Shown: positions 18,312-26,550, numbered from the stretch's first letter. The stretch: 32,000 nucleotides of DNA from Paracoccus suum (GCF_003324675.1 NZ_CP030918.1:780001-812000), one strand, 5' to 3'. Program-made: numbers and translations. The notes: generated by a model not told the origin, from the sequence alone.

Positions 18312-19316
18312 TTACTTCAGCAGGCCGGCTTCGCGGTAGTACCGCTCGGCGCCGGGATGCAGTGGCAGGCCAAGGCCGTTCAGCGCGGTCTCCTTGCGGA
18401 TCATCTTGCCCTTGGCGTGGCCGGCGTCGAACTGGGCGCGGGTGGCGTCGTTCCACAGCGCCTTGGTGATCTGGTAGATCAGCTCTTCGGGCTGGTCGGC
18501 CGAGGTGACCCACTGGGCGCCGACCGACAGGGTCTTCACGTCGGCATCCTGACCCTTGTAGGTGCCGGCGGGGACAGTGTCCTGGGCAAAGAAGGTGTAC
18601 TTGCCCGTCACGCTGTCAGCAGCCGCGCCGTCGATCGGCACGATGGTCACCGGCAACTGGCTCGCCAGCTCGGCAATCGCGCCCGCCGGATAGCCGCCGA
18701 CAAAGAAGAACGCGTCCATCGCCCCGTCGCGCATCCGGTCGGCGGCCGCGTCAGGCTTCATGAATTCGGGCGTGATGTCCTTTTCGGTCAGCCCGGCGCC
18801 TTCCAGGATGATGCGGGCATCGACCAGCGTGCCCGAGCCCGGCTCGTCCAGCGACACGCGCTTGCCCTTAAGATCGGCGACTGACTTGATCCCCGAGGCC
18901 TGCGAGGCGACGAGGTGAATCGATTCCGGGTAAAGGTTGGCAATGGCGCGCAGCTTGTCGGCGGCCGGCTGACCCTCCCAGATGCCGGTGCCGGTCTGGG
19001 CCCAGGCAGCGACGTCGCCTTGGGCAAAGCCCGATTCCAGCGTCCCGCCAATGATGCCGTTGACGTTGGCGACCGAACCGTTCGAGGCCAGCGCCGAGGC
19101 GACCAGGCCCGGCACGCCGCAGGCCCCCCCGTCCTCGCAAGCGCGGGAGCCGGGCGGTGCAGAGATCGCGTTCGCGATCAGCCCGCCAATAGGGTAATAG
19201 GTCCCGGCCGTGCCGCCGGTGCCAATGCGAAAGAACTGCATCTCTTGCGCCGCTGCACCGGTGACGGACAGAGCCAGCGCCACAGCAGCGGCCAGCGGCT
19301 TGAAGTTGAATGTCAT
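18312..19316 (-). CDS. TAXI-family TRAP transporter solute-binding protein
   Basis: 334 aa. Signal peptide MTFNFKPLAAAVALALSVTGAAAQE, then FFRIGTGGTAGTYYPIGGLIANAIS, the hallmark TAXI (TIGR02122-like) motif. C-terminal LPLHPGAERYYREAGLL. GAGGGGGA RBS. Confidence 0.92.
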   Translation of the reverse strand: MTFNFKPLAAAVALALSVTGAAAQEMQFFRIGTGGTAGTYYPIGGLIANAISAPPGSRACEDGGACGVPGLVASALASNGSVANVNGIIGGTLESGFAQGDVAAWAQTGTGIWEGQPAADKLRAIANLYPESIHLVASQASGIKSVADLKGKRVSLDEPGSGTLVDARIILEGAGLTEKDITPEFMKPDAAADRMRDGAMDAFFFVGGYPAGAIAELASQLPVTIVPIDGAAADSVTGKYTFFAQDTVPAGTYKGQDADVKTLSVGAQWVTSADQPEELIYQITKALWNDATRAQFDAGHAKGKMIRKETALNGLGLPLHPGAERYYREAGLLK

Positions 19317-19438
19317 TACAGGTCCCCCTCGAATTCACTGACCTGTGACTAAAGGGGAATGAGCTGCCGAGGGCAACACCCAACCCGGCCTCAGGCAGGG
19401 CTTGGGTCAACCTCCACGCGATAGAAGCGGCTGCGGGG

Positions 19439-19460
19439 GCGGGCGGCCACTGCCGCCCGC
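19439..19460 (-). terminator. Stem-loop 10 nt downstream of the grpE stop (possible terminator)
   Basis: GCGGGCGGC-CACT-GCCGCCCGC is a perfect 9-bp stem. The following minus-strand sequence is only weakly T-rich (CTTCTATC). Confidence 0.45.
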
Positions 19461-19469
19461 TAAACGTGC

Positions 19470-20012
19470 CTACTGGCCCGGGGTCGAGCTGACGCCAACC
19501 TGCGCCGCGCGCAGCAGGCGGTCGTGCAGCAGGAAGCCGTGGCCCATTACCTGGATGATGTCGCCCGCGCGGGTGCCGGGAACCGAGGCCTCGAACATCG
19601 CCTCGTGGATGGTTGGATCGAAGCGTTCGCCAATGGCGGGCTTGATGACGGTGATGCCGTGCTTGGAAAAGACTTTGTCGAGCTCGCGCAGGGTCAGCTC
19701 GACCCCCTCGATCAACGCACCGGCCGCGGCGCGGGCGGCCTCGTCCGGCATCTCGATCGCGCGCTGCAGCGAATCGTAGACTGGCAGCAGGTCCCGCGCG
19801 AGGCGCGAGCTGCCGTATTGTTCCGCCTCGCGACGGTCCCGCTCGCCCCGCTTGCGGGCGTTCTCGGCATCGGCGAGGGCGCGCATCCAGCGGTCGCGCA
19901 TCTCGTCCAGTTCGGCCGCCAGGGGCTCTGGGCTCTGGTCCAGGGGCATCCCGTCGGGGTTCAGCGGGTCGTCCATCGGCGCATCACTCATGCTCTCAGC
20001 TTTCTTACTCAT
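19470..20012 (-). CDS. grpE: Nucleotide exchange factor GrpE
   Basis: 180 aa. DRWMRALADAENARKRGERDRREAEQYGSSRLARDLLPVYDSLQRA and C-terminal GFLLHDRLLRAAQVGVS are classic GrpE. Its ATG overlaps the hrcA 3' end by 8 nt. Confidence 0.95.
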   Translation of the reverse strand: MSKKAESMSDAPMDDPLNPDGMPLDQSPEPLAAELDEMRDRWMRALADAENARKRGERDRREAEQYGSSRLARDLLPVYDSLQRAIEMPDEAARAAAGALIEGVELTLRELDKVFSKHGITVIKPAIGERFDPTIHEAMFEASVPGTRAGDIIQVMGHGFLLHDRLLRAAQVGVSSTPGQ

Positions 20013-21066
20013 GCCGGCCTGACAAGGCGCGGCCCACCAATTGCGCGGTCAGATCGACCAGCGGAACGATCCGCCCGTAATTCAACCGGGTGGGACCGAT
20101 GACGCCAACCGCACCGACAATCTTGCGATCGGCATTCATATAGGGCGAAACAACCAGAGAGGAACCCGAAAGTGAGAACAGCTTGTTTTCGGCTCCAATG
20201 AAAATCCTCACGCCGTCGCCCTCCTCGGCGAGCGACAGGAATTCGGCGATGTCGCGCTTGCGTTCCAGATCGTCGAACAGCACGCGGATGCGGTCAAGGT
20301 CGGCCGCGTCCTCGGCCAGCAGGTTCGCCTGGCCGCGCACGATCAGCCGTGGCTCTGACGCCTCGCCGCCCTGCCACAGCGCCAGCCCCGATGCGACCAA
20401 CTCGGCTGCGAGGCTGTCGATCTCGGCTCGGCGCTCGGTCACCTGGGTCTGGATATGCGCGGCAAGCTCGGCCAGCGTGCGGCCGCGGGCATGGGCGTTG
20501 ATGAAGTTACCCGCCTCGCGCATCGAGCTGGCAGATTGTCCGGGCGGTGGGGTGAACACCCGGTTCTCGACCCGGCCATCGGCGAACACCAGCACGACCA
20601 GGGCCCGATCTGGCGCCAGGCTGACGAATTCGATGTGCCGGATCGGCGCTTCCTGCTTGGGGGTCAGCACCAGCGAGGCGCCCTGAGTCAACTGCGACAG
20701 GGCCATGCCCATCCGGTCCAGCAGGATCGACGGATCCGCGGCCGGTCCCAGTGTCGCCTCGATCGCGGCGCGGTCGGTGGCGGCAACCGGGCCGGCCTCC
20801 ATCAATGCATCGACGAAGAGGCGCAGCCCGACATGCGTGGGCCGGCGCCCGGCCGAGGTGTGCGGATGGTCCAGCAGTCCCATCGCTTCGAGATCTTGCA
20901 TGACGTTGCGGATGGTCGCGGCCGAGACCTGCTCGCTGAGCGAACCCTGCAGCGTGCGCGAGCCGACCGGATCGCCGGTCTGCAAATAGCTCTCGACCAC
21001 GCGGCGAAAGACCTCGCGCGAGCGGCTGTTCAGGTCGGCCAGCAGGGCAGAGGCAGGCGTTGTCAT
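20005..21066 (-). CDS. hrcA: Heat-inducible transcription repressor HrcA
   Basis: 353 aa from ATG 21066. MTTPASALLADLNSRSREVFRRVVESYLQTGDPVGSRTL is the winged-helix N-terminus of HrcA. The conserved hrcA-grpE order is present. The tracked ORF start at 21150 adds 28 implausible residues. Confidence 0.93.
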   Translation of the reverse strand: MTTPASALLADLNSRSREVFRRVVESYLQTGDPVGSRTLQGSLSEQVSAATIRNVMQDLEAMGLLDHPHTSAGRRPTHVGLRLFVDALMEAGPVAATDRAAIEATLGPAADPSILLDRMGMALSQLTQGASLVLTPKQEAPIRHIEFVSLAPDRALVVLVFADGRVENRVFTPPPGQSASSMREAGNFINAHARGRTLAELAAHIQTQVTERRAEIDSLAAELVASGLALWQGGEASEPRLIVRGQANLLAEDAADLDRIRVLFDDLERKRDIAEFLSLAEEGDGVRIFIGAENKLFSLSGSSLVVSPYMNADRKIVGAVGVIGPTRLNYGRIVPLVDLTAQLVGRALSGRHE

Positions 21067-21111
21067 CGGCAGACAGCTCCGTAAGGCTTGCGGATGCGCC
21101 TCGGGCCCCTG

Positions 21112-21140
21112 TATCGGGGCCGGGCAAACCCGACAGCAAG
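21112..21140 (-). promoter_or_regulatory. Candidate RpoH (sigma-32)-type promoter for hrcA-grpE
   Basis: The minus strand reads CTTGCTG -14 nt- CCCCGATA, compared with the E. coli-type consensus CTTGAAA-N13-15-CCCCATNT. It lies about 45 nt upstream of the hrcA ATG. Motif resemblance only. Confidence 0.3.
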
Positions 21141-21150
21141 GACGACCCAC

Positions 21151-21864
21151 ATGCGCCCCTCCGGCCGAGAGTTAAGCGAGTTGCGCCCCATTGCAATCGA
21201 GACCGGGGTCCAGCGCAACGCCGAAGGCAGCTGCCTGATCCGCGTTGGCGGCACCGAAGTGCTGTGTTCCGCCAGCATCGAGGACCGCCCGCCGCCGTTC
21301 CTGAAGGGCAGCGGCCAGGGCTGGGTCACCGCCGAATACGGCATGTTGCCGCGTGCCACCACCAGCCGCACCCGGCGCGAGGCCGCGGCCGGCAAGCAGG
21401 GCGGCCGCACGGTCGAGATCCAGCGCCTGATCGGCCGCGCCCTGCGTGCCGGCGTCGACCGCCGCGCCCTGGGCGAGCGGCAGATCGTGGTCGACTGCGA
21501 TGTACTGAACGCCGACGGCGGCACCCGCTGCGCCGCCATCACCGGCGGCTGGGTTGCGCTGCGCCTGGCCGTGAACAAGCTTATCGCGGCCAAGCAGGTG
21601 CTGGGCGACCCGATCCTCGATCACGTCGCGGCGGTGTCCTGCGGAATCTATGCCGGGCAGGCGGTGCTGGACCTCGACTATCCCGAGGACAGCGAGGCCG
21701 GGACCGACGGCAATTTCGTCATGACCGGCGCGGGGCAGCTGATCGAGGTGCAGATGTCAGCCGAGGGCGCCGCTTTCTCGCGCGTGCAGATGGTCCAGAT
21801 GCTGGATTTGGCGGAAGCAGGTGTCGCCCAGTTGGTTTCCGCGCAAAAGGCGGCCTTGGGATGA
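21151..21864 (+). CDS. rph: Ribonuclease PH
   Basis: 237 aa from ATG 21151 (AAGGACGA RBS). [39 protein letters not shown]... and [18 protein letters not shown] are RNase PH signatures. Confidence 0.95.
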   Translation: MRPSGRELSELRPIAIETGVQRNAEGSCLIRVGGTEVLCSASIEDRPPPFLKGSGQGWVTAEYGMLPRATTSRTRREAAAGKQGGRTVEIQRLIGRALRAGVDRRALGERQIVVDCDVLNADGGTRCAAITGGWVALRLAVNKLIAAKQVLGDPILDHVAAVSCGIYAGQAVLDLDYPEDSEAGTDGNFVMTGAGQLIEVQMSAEGAAFSRVQMVQMLDLAEAGVAQLVSAQKAALG

Positions 21865-22496
21865 GCGCGGGGGCGGCCGTGCTGGGGGCGGGCAATTGTT
21901 TCACGTGGAACAAGCTGCTGATCGCTACCCATAATGCCGGCAAGCTGGATGAGATGCGCGCCCTCTTCGCGCCGCGCGGCATTGAGGTCGTGGGCGCGGC
22001 CGACATGGGCCTGTCCGAGCCGGCCGAGACCGAAGACAGCTTTCTCGGCAATGCCCGCATCAAGGCGCAGGCGGCGATGGCAGCGACCGGCCTGCCGGTG
22101 CTGGCCGACGATAGCGGCATCACCGTCGACGGGCTGGGCGGCGCGCCGGGTGTCTACACCGCCGATTGGGCCGAGACACCGAACGGGCGCGACTTCATGC
22201 AGGCGATGACCCGCACCTGGGCCGAACTGGAGGCGGCCAGCGTGCCCGAGCCGCGCACCGCGCAATTCCGCTGCACCCTGGTTCTGCTGCAGCCCGATGG
22301 CACCGAGCGGGTATTCGAGGGCCTCGCCACCGGCCATCTGGTCTGGCCGCCGCGTGGCGCGTTGGGGCATGGTTATGATCCGATCTTTGTGCCCGACGCC
22401 GGCGATGGGCGCACGTTTGCCGAGATGTCGGCGGAAGAAAAGAACGCGATCAGCCATCGCGCCGATGCCTTCCGCAAGCTGGTAGCCGCTCTGTGA
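21861..22496 (+). CDS. rdgB: dITP/XTP pyrophosphatase RdgB (non-canonical NTP pyrophosphatase)
   Basis: ATG 21861 overlaps the rph stop (ATGA). Motifs [43 protein letters not shown] and [11 protein letters not shown] are present. GTG 21879 is a possible alternative start. Confidence 0.92.
   Translation: MSAGAAVLGAGNCFTWNKLLIATHNAGKLDEMRALFAPRGIEVVGAADMGLSEPAETEDSFLGNARIKAQAAMAATGLPVLADDSGITVDGLGGAPGVYTADWAETPNGRDFMQAMTRTWAELEAASVPEPRTAQFRCTLVLLQPDGTERVFEGLATGHLVWPPRGALGHGYDPIFVPDAGDGRTFAEMSAEEKNAISHRADAFRKLVAAL
21897..21912. promoter_or_regulatory. parS: parS centromere-like site TGTTTCACGTGGAACA (one-position variant; reverse complement of TGTTCCACGTGAAACA)
   Basis: 15/16 identity to the two perfect sites. 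It is an exact match to the B. subtilis-type parS consensus read on the other strand. It lies in codons 13-18 of rdgB. Confidence 0.7.
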
Positions 22497-22891
22497 GCGC
22501 CTCGGCCGACCTGGTCCGGCAGTTCTGGCGGGCAATGTCGGCCAATGACTGGACCGCCGCTGCGAGCCTGATGGCCCCGGATGCCTTCACCCTTTGGCCG
22601 CAAACTGGCGAGGTCATACCCAGCGCCCGCTTTGCCGAAGTTCAGGCCGCCTTCCTCGGCGACGGTGACTGGCAGTTCGAGGAAATGGCGCTGGTCGATG
22701 GCGGCAACGAAGTCGTTACCGACATGCGCGTGACCAACCTGCCGCTGGGGATCCTCGCGCGTGTGATCACGTTTCACACGATCGCCAACGGGCAGCTTGT
22801 ATCGCAGCGCGAGTTCTGGCCCGATGCGACCGAAATCCCGGCCTTTCGGCAGGGGATGCTGGTGATCGACCCCGACCATGCCCGGCTCTGA
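22493..22891 (+). CDS. SnoaL-like / NTF2-fold small protein (132 aa), function unknown
   Basis: GTG 22493 overlaps the rdgB stop (GTGA). LVRQFWRAMSANDWTAAASLMAPDA is the typical SnoaL-like/NTF2 N-terminal helix pattern. GC3 is high. Confidence 0.7.
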   Translation: MSASADLVRQFWRAMSANDWTAAASLMAPDAFTLWPQTGEVIPSARFAEVQAAFLGDGDWQFEEMALVDGGNEVVTDMRVTNLPLGILARVITFHTIANGQLVSQREFWPDATEIPAFRQGMLVIDPDHARL

Positions 22892-22900
22892 AAGGTGACC

Positions 22901-23284
22901 ATGTCCAGCACCCGCACCATTTCCTCCGGTTCGCCCTTCGAGGCAACGCTCGGCTACAGCCGGGCACTCATCAAGGGCGACTGGTGCTTTGTCAGCGGCA
23001 CCACCGGCTACGACTACGCCACGATGACCATGCCCGAAGGGGTGGCGGACCAGGCACAGAACGCCTTTGCCACTATCGACAAGACGCTGGCCGAGGCCGG
23101 CTTCGCCATGTCCGACGTGGTGCGCGTCCAGTATACGCTGACGGATGCCGCCCTGATCGAGCAGGCGGCGCCGGTTCTGGCGCATTGGCTGGGTCCGGTC
23201 CGCCCGGCAGCCACGATGGTCATCGCTGGCCTCATCCGCCCCGAGATGCTGATCGAAATCGAGGTCACGGCCCTGCGCGGTTGA
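22901..23284 (+). CDS. RidA/YjgF/Endoribonuclease L-PSP family protein
   Basis: GYSRALIKGDWCFVSGTTG ... VVRVQYTLTD ... EIEVTA pattern of the RidA family. GAAAGG RBS precedes ATG 22901. GTG 22895 is an alternative start. Confidence 0.85.
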   Translation: MSSTRTISSGSPFEATLGYSRALIKGDWCFVSGTTGYDYATMTMPEGVADQAQNAFATIDKTLAEAGFAMSDVVRVQYTLTDAALIEQAAPVLAHWLGPVRPAATMVIAGLIRPEMLIEIEVTALRG

Positions 23285-23335
23285 CCTGAACCCTCTGCCC
23301 AGCGCATCGCGCGCGCCGCGACCAAGGCCCCTGAA

Positions 23336-24535
23336 ATGCCCGCAGCCGACCGCAGCCTCTCAGACCCTGTGCGCCTGTCCGACGCGCAGGACTGGCGGCA
23401 CGGCGGCTTTGGCCTCTACGTCCACTGGCCATTCTGCGCGGCGAAATGCCCCTATTGCGACTTCAACAGCCACGTCACCGCCTCGGTCGACCAGTCCCGT
23501 TGGGCGACCGCCTACAACACGGAAATCGCCCGGCTGGCGGCAGAATTGCCCGGCCGTGTCCTCGGCTCGATCTTCTTCGGTGGGGGCACGCCCTCACTGA
23601 TGGCGCCCGAGACGGTGGCGGCAGTCATCGAGGCCGCGCGAGCCGCCTGGCCCCTGGCCAATGACTGCGAAATCACGCTCGAGGCCAATCCGACCAGCGT
23701 CGAGGCCGGGCGGTTTCGCGGCTATGCCGATGCCGGCGTTGACCGTCTGTCGATGGGTATCCAGTCGCTGAACGATCCCGACCTGCGCCGGTTGGGGCGC
23801 CTGCACAGCGCGGCCGAGGCGCGCGCTGCCTTTGATATCGCCCGCGCCGCCTTTCCGCGCATCAGCTTTGACCTGATCTATGCACGCCAGGACCAGACCC
23901 GGGCCGCATGGCGGGCCGAACTGCGCGAGGCCCTGGCGATGGCCGCTGATCACCTCTCGCTCTACCAGTTGACGATCGAGCCGGGGACCGCCTTTGGTGC
24001 TCGCCACGCCTGTGGCGGATTGCGCGGTTTGCCGGACGAGGACCTCGGCACCGACCTGTGGGAAGACACGCAGGAGGTTTGCGTTGCCGCGGGGATGCCG
24101 GCCTACGAGGTCTCGAACCACGCCCGGCCTGGTGCCGAAAGCCGGCATAACCTGGTGTACTGGCGGCAAGGCGACTGGGCCGCCATCGGCCCCGGCGCGC
24201 ACGGCCGATTGACCCTGGGGGCCACTCGCATCGCGACCGAGGCGCACCGGGCGCCGGGTCAGTGGCTTGCGGCCGTCGAGAGGACGGGCAGTGGCGAGAG
24301 CCTGCGTGAGGAAATCCCAGCGCCCGAGCGCGCGGTCGAATACCTGCTCATGGGCTTGCGCCTGTCCGAAGGGGTATCGCTCGGCCGTCTGGCCGCGATG
24401 GGCTGGGCGCCGCCGGGGCCGGCGCTGGCCGATCTGACGGATCTGGGTCTGGTGCGGACGGACGGCGACCGCCTGGCCGCGACCGCTGCGGGCCGGCCGG
24501 TGCTGAACGGGATCCTGCGCGCCTTGGCGGGCTGA
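23336..24535 (+). CDS. hemW: Radical SAM heme chaperone HemW (HemN-like, oxygen-independent coproporphyrinogen III oxidase family)
   Basis: LYVHWPFCAAKCPYCDFNS contains CxxxCxxC followed by DF, which is the HemW type because it lacks the fourth HemN Cys. Also FFGGGTPSL, and the conserved position downstream of rph-rdgB. Confidence 0.9.
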   Translation: MPAADRSLSDPVRLSDAQDWRHGGFGLYVHWPFCAAKCPYCDFNSHVTASVDQSRWATAYNTEIARLAAELPGRVLGSIFFGGGTPSLMAPETVAAVIEAARAAWPLANDCEITLEANPTSVEAGRFRGYADAGVDRLSMGIQSLNDPDLRRLGRLHSAAEARAAFDIARAAFPRISFDLIYARQDQTRAAWRAELREALAMAADHLSLYQLTIEPGTAFGARHACGGLRGLPDEDLGTDLWEDTQEVCVAAGMPAYEVSNHARPGAESRHNLVYWRQGDWAAIGPGAHGRLTLGATRIATEAHRAPGQWLAAVERTGSGESLREEIPAPERAVEYLLMGLRLSEGVSLGRLAAMGWAPPGPALADLTDLGLVRTDGDRLAATAAGRPVLNGILRALAG

Positions 24536-24656
24536 TTGCCCGCTCACTGGGACTTCCCGCGACTCGCACAGACGTGCGTCCCGCAGCAGCGCTAAGCGGT
24601 TGTCGTTTCGCCTGGGAAGGTTATGTGCGGTCCGGGGAAACCGGATCAGGTGCGGT

Positions 24657-25013
24657 GTGCAGCAGCGGCTTTGGCATTGGGGCGGAATGGCGGCACTGGC
24701 CCTGGGGGTGATCGGGGTCGTGCTGCCGGTCATGCCGACGGTGCCGTTCCTGCTGGTCGCGGTCTGGTGTTTCTCGCGCTCGTCCCCTGCCCTCCGCGCC
24801 CGAATCCTGAATCACCCCGCCTATGGCCCGCCGATCCGTGCTTGGGTCGAGCGCGGGGCGATTCGCAAGACCGCAAAGCTGTGGGCGGTGCTGGCCATGG
24901 CGTCGGGGGTGGGCATCGCGATCTGGCTGGGCATGCCGGTCTGGTTGATCGGAACGCAAGCTGCGATCTGCCTCGCCGTCGCCTCGTTCGTGGTGACCCG
25001 ACCCAGCCGCTGA
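24657..25013 (+). CDS. ybaN: DUF454 / YbaN-family inner membrane protein
   Basis: GVIGVVLPVMPTVPFLLVAVWCFSRSSPALRARIL is the DUF454 signature. The start is uncertain: in-frame candidates are TTG 24600, GTG 24657 and ATG 24687. Confidence 0.8.
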   Translation: MQQRLWHWGGMAALALGVIGVVLPVMPTVPFLLVAVWCFSRSSPALRARILNHPAYGPPIRAWVERGAIRKTAKLWAVLAMASGVGIAIWLGMPVWLIGTQAAICLAVASFVVTRPSR

Positions 25014-25020
25014 TGGCTCG

Positions 25021-25887
25021 TCAGTCCAGCCGAACGTCGCGCGGATAGCCCAAGGCCAGCAAGGCCGACACCGGAGAAGTGCAGGCCAGCCGCGTGCCGC
25101 CTGCCTCGCGCAGGGCAAGCGCAAAGCCAGCCAGAATCCGCGGCAGCCCTTTGGTCAGGCCGGAGGGCGCACTGTCCGCGGCAGTCTCGTAAAACCGCGG
25201 CTTCGCAGCATTGCCAAGGTCGATTCCGGCCAGCAAGATCTCGGCGGGGCGCGCGGCGAGCGCTGCCTGCAGCGCACTGAAGGCCACGGTGCCTGTGATC
25301 ACAACGCCCCGGTCAGGCTGCAGCGACAGCGCAGCGCCCTCGCTCCGCGTCACGATGCCGTCCAGTGCCGGATCGTCGAGCGAACGGCGGGCGGCGTTAA
25401 CCGGCTTAGCCAGATTGTCGATCAGCGCCACCGGCCGCCCCTGCCGCAGCAGGTCGGGCGCTCGCTCTGCAAGGGCACGCAGCGCTGCGGGCGACAGCAT
25501 CAGCGGCACGCCTGCCTGCAGGCCGGCCAGCATCGCATGGTGTCGGAACACGAATCGCTCGTCCTCGACCATGACCCCCAGTGGCGCGAGACTCGAGGCG
25601 AGGCTGGCCGCGCCGTTGAGCAATATGGCTGATCCGGGCGGCAGACGCTCCGGATGCTGGTTGGCCAGCGAGGGGCCGGTGCCGATGATGGCGATCAGGT
25701 CCCGTGCGGTGGTCACGATGGCCGACAGCGGCAACAGAGGGCACAGCGGCCGGCGGTGCCAGACCGTCGTGCCCGCGGCGCGGTCAATCGCAAGGCCCGG
25801 CCAGATATCCTGGCGATGGGCCCGATCCCGCCCCAGCGCCATCGCGCCGAGGCGGATCAGGGACCGCCCGAGGGGGCGGTCCGACAT
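25021..25887 (-). CDS. Hypothetical protein (288 aa) with GxGPS...GxD Rossmann-like pattern reminiscent of DUF115/MptE-like or GT42-like transferases
   Basis: High GC3 in this frame. IAIIGTGPSLANQ near residue 65 and VITGTVAFSALQAALAARPAEILLAGIDLGNAAKPRFYE about 130 residues later. No family assignment is possible by eye. An alternative start is M16 (25842). Confidence 0.6.
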   Translation of the reverse strand: MSDRPLGRSLIRLGAMALGRDRAHRQDIWPGLAIDRAAGTTVWHRRPLCPLLPLSAIVTTARDLIAIIGTGPSLANQHPERLPPGSAILLNGAASLASSLAPLGVMVEDERFVFRHHAMLAGLQAGVPLMLSPAALRALAERAPDLLRQGRPVALIDNLAKPVNAARRSLDDPALDGIVTRSEGAALSLQPDRGVVITGTVAFSALQAALAARPAEILLAGIDLGNAAKPRFYETAADSAPSGLTKGLPRILAGFALALREAGGTRLACTSPVSALLALGYPRDVRLD

Positions 25888-25890
25888 CGT

Positions 25891-26550
25891 TCAGCCCAGC
25901 GCCGGCTGTTTCACGAAGCGCAGGTAGGGCAACTTGCTGTCCATTTTGCCGAACCGCTGCTCGGCCTGCTCGTCGTTCAGGGACAGGGCGGCGATCACGT
26001 CCTCGCCGGGCTGCCAGTCGGCCGGGGTGGCGATCGGCACGCCATCGGTCGCCATCACGGCGTCGAGCGCGCGCAGGATCTCGGCAAAATTGCGGCCGAC
26101 GGACATCGGATATGTCATCATCAGGCGGACCTTCTTGTCAGGACCAATGATGTAGACCGTGCGCACGGTCGCCGAATCGGCCGGCGTGCGGCCGTCGGGC
26201 AGATAGGCCTCGGCCGGCAGCATGTCATACAGTTTCGCGACGGTCAGGCTGGTGTCGTCGACGATAGCGAAATCGGCCGGGGTGCCGGCAAACGCCTCGA
26301 TGTCGCGCTTCCACTTGCGGTGCTCGTCCGCGCTGTCGACGCTGACGCCCAGAACCTTGACGTCGCGCTTTTCCCATTCAGGGGCCAGACGTGCCACGGC
26401 GCCAAACTCGGTCGTGCAGACCGGGGTGAAGTCCTTGGGGTGGCTGAAGATGATGGCATACTTGCCGTCCAGCCAGTCATGGAAGTGGATTTCGCCTTCG
26501 CTGGTGTCAGCGGTAAAGTCGGGGGCAACGTCGTTGATACGCAACGCCAT
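25891..26550 (-). CDS. 1-Cys peroxiredoxin (Prx6-like)
   Basis: MALRINDVAPDFTADTSEGEIHFHDWLDGKYAIIFSHPKDFTPVCTTEFG contains the PVCTTE peroxidatic Cys motif. An AAGGA RBS lies 8 nt before ATG 26550. ATG 26559 is an alternative start. The rest of the tracked ORF up to 26754 is not credible. Confidence 0.92.
   Translation of the reverse strand: MALRINDVAPDFTADTSEGEIHFHDWLDGKYAIIFSHPKDFTPVCTTEFGAVARLAPEWEKRDVKVLGVSVDSADEHRKWKRDIEAFAGTPADFAIVDDTSLTVAKLYDMLPAEAYLPDGRTPADSATVRTVYIIGPDKKVRLMMTYPMSVGRNFAEILRALDAVMATDGVPIATPADWQPGEDVIAALSLNDEQAEQRFGKMDSKLPYLRFVKQPALG

Noticed and set aside
19335-19348. TCAC-N6-GTGA inverted repeat in the TAXI 5' region, superficially CRP/FNR-like
   Set aside because: Only 4+4 bp match, and the half-sites are in the opposite arrangement to TGTGA-N6-TCACA. 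It also lies within about 30 nt of the start codon. This is too weak to call.
21060-22496. 478-aa ORF apparently spanning rph and rdgB
   Set aside because: Its first ~267 codons are an out-of-frame read through rph with Arg/Pro/Gly-rich content. Only the last 211 codons, from ATG 21861, are RdgB. It is not a fusion or a pseudogene.
23594-24733. 379-aa minus-strand ORF
   Set aside because: It lies antisense to hemW. It is Arg/Pro/Gly/Gln-rich and has no motifs.
25014-25020. Very short convergent gaps with no terminator: ybaN/hypothetical (7 nt) and cpdB/response regulator (9 nt, 30287-30295)
   Set aside because: This is a real observation but common in compact genomes. No structure or motif here warrants a separate claim.
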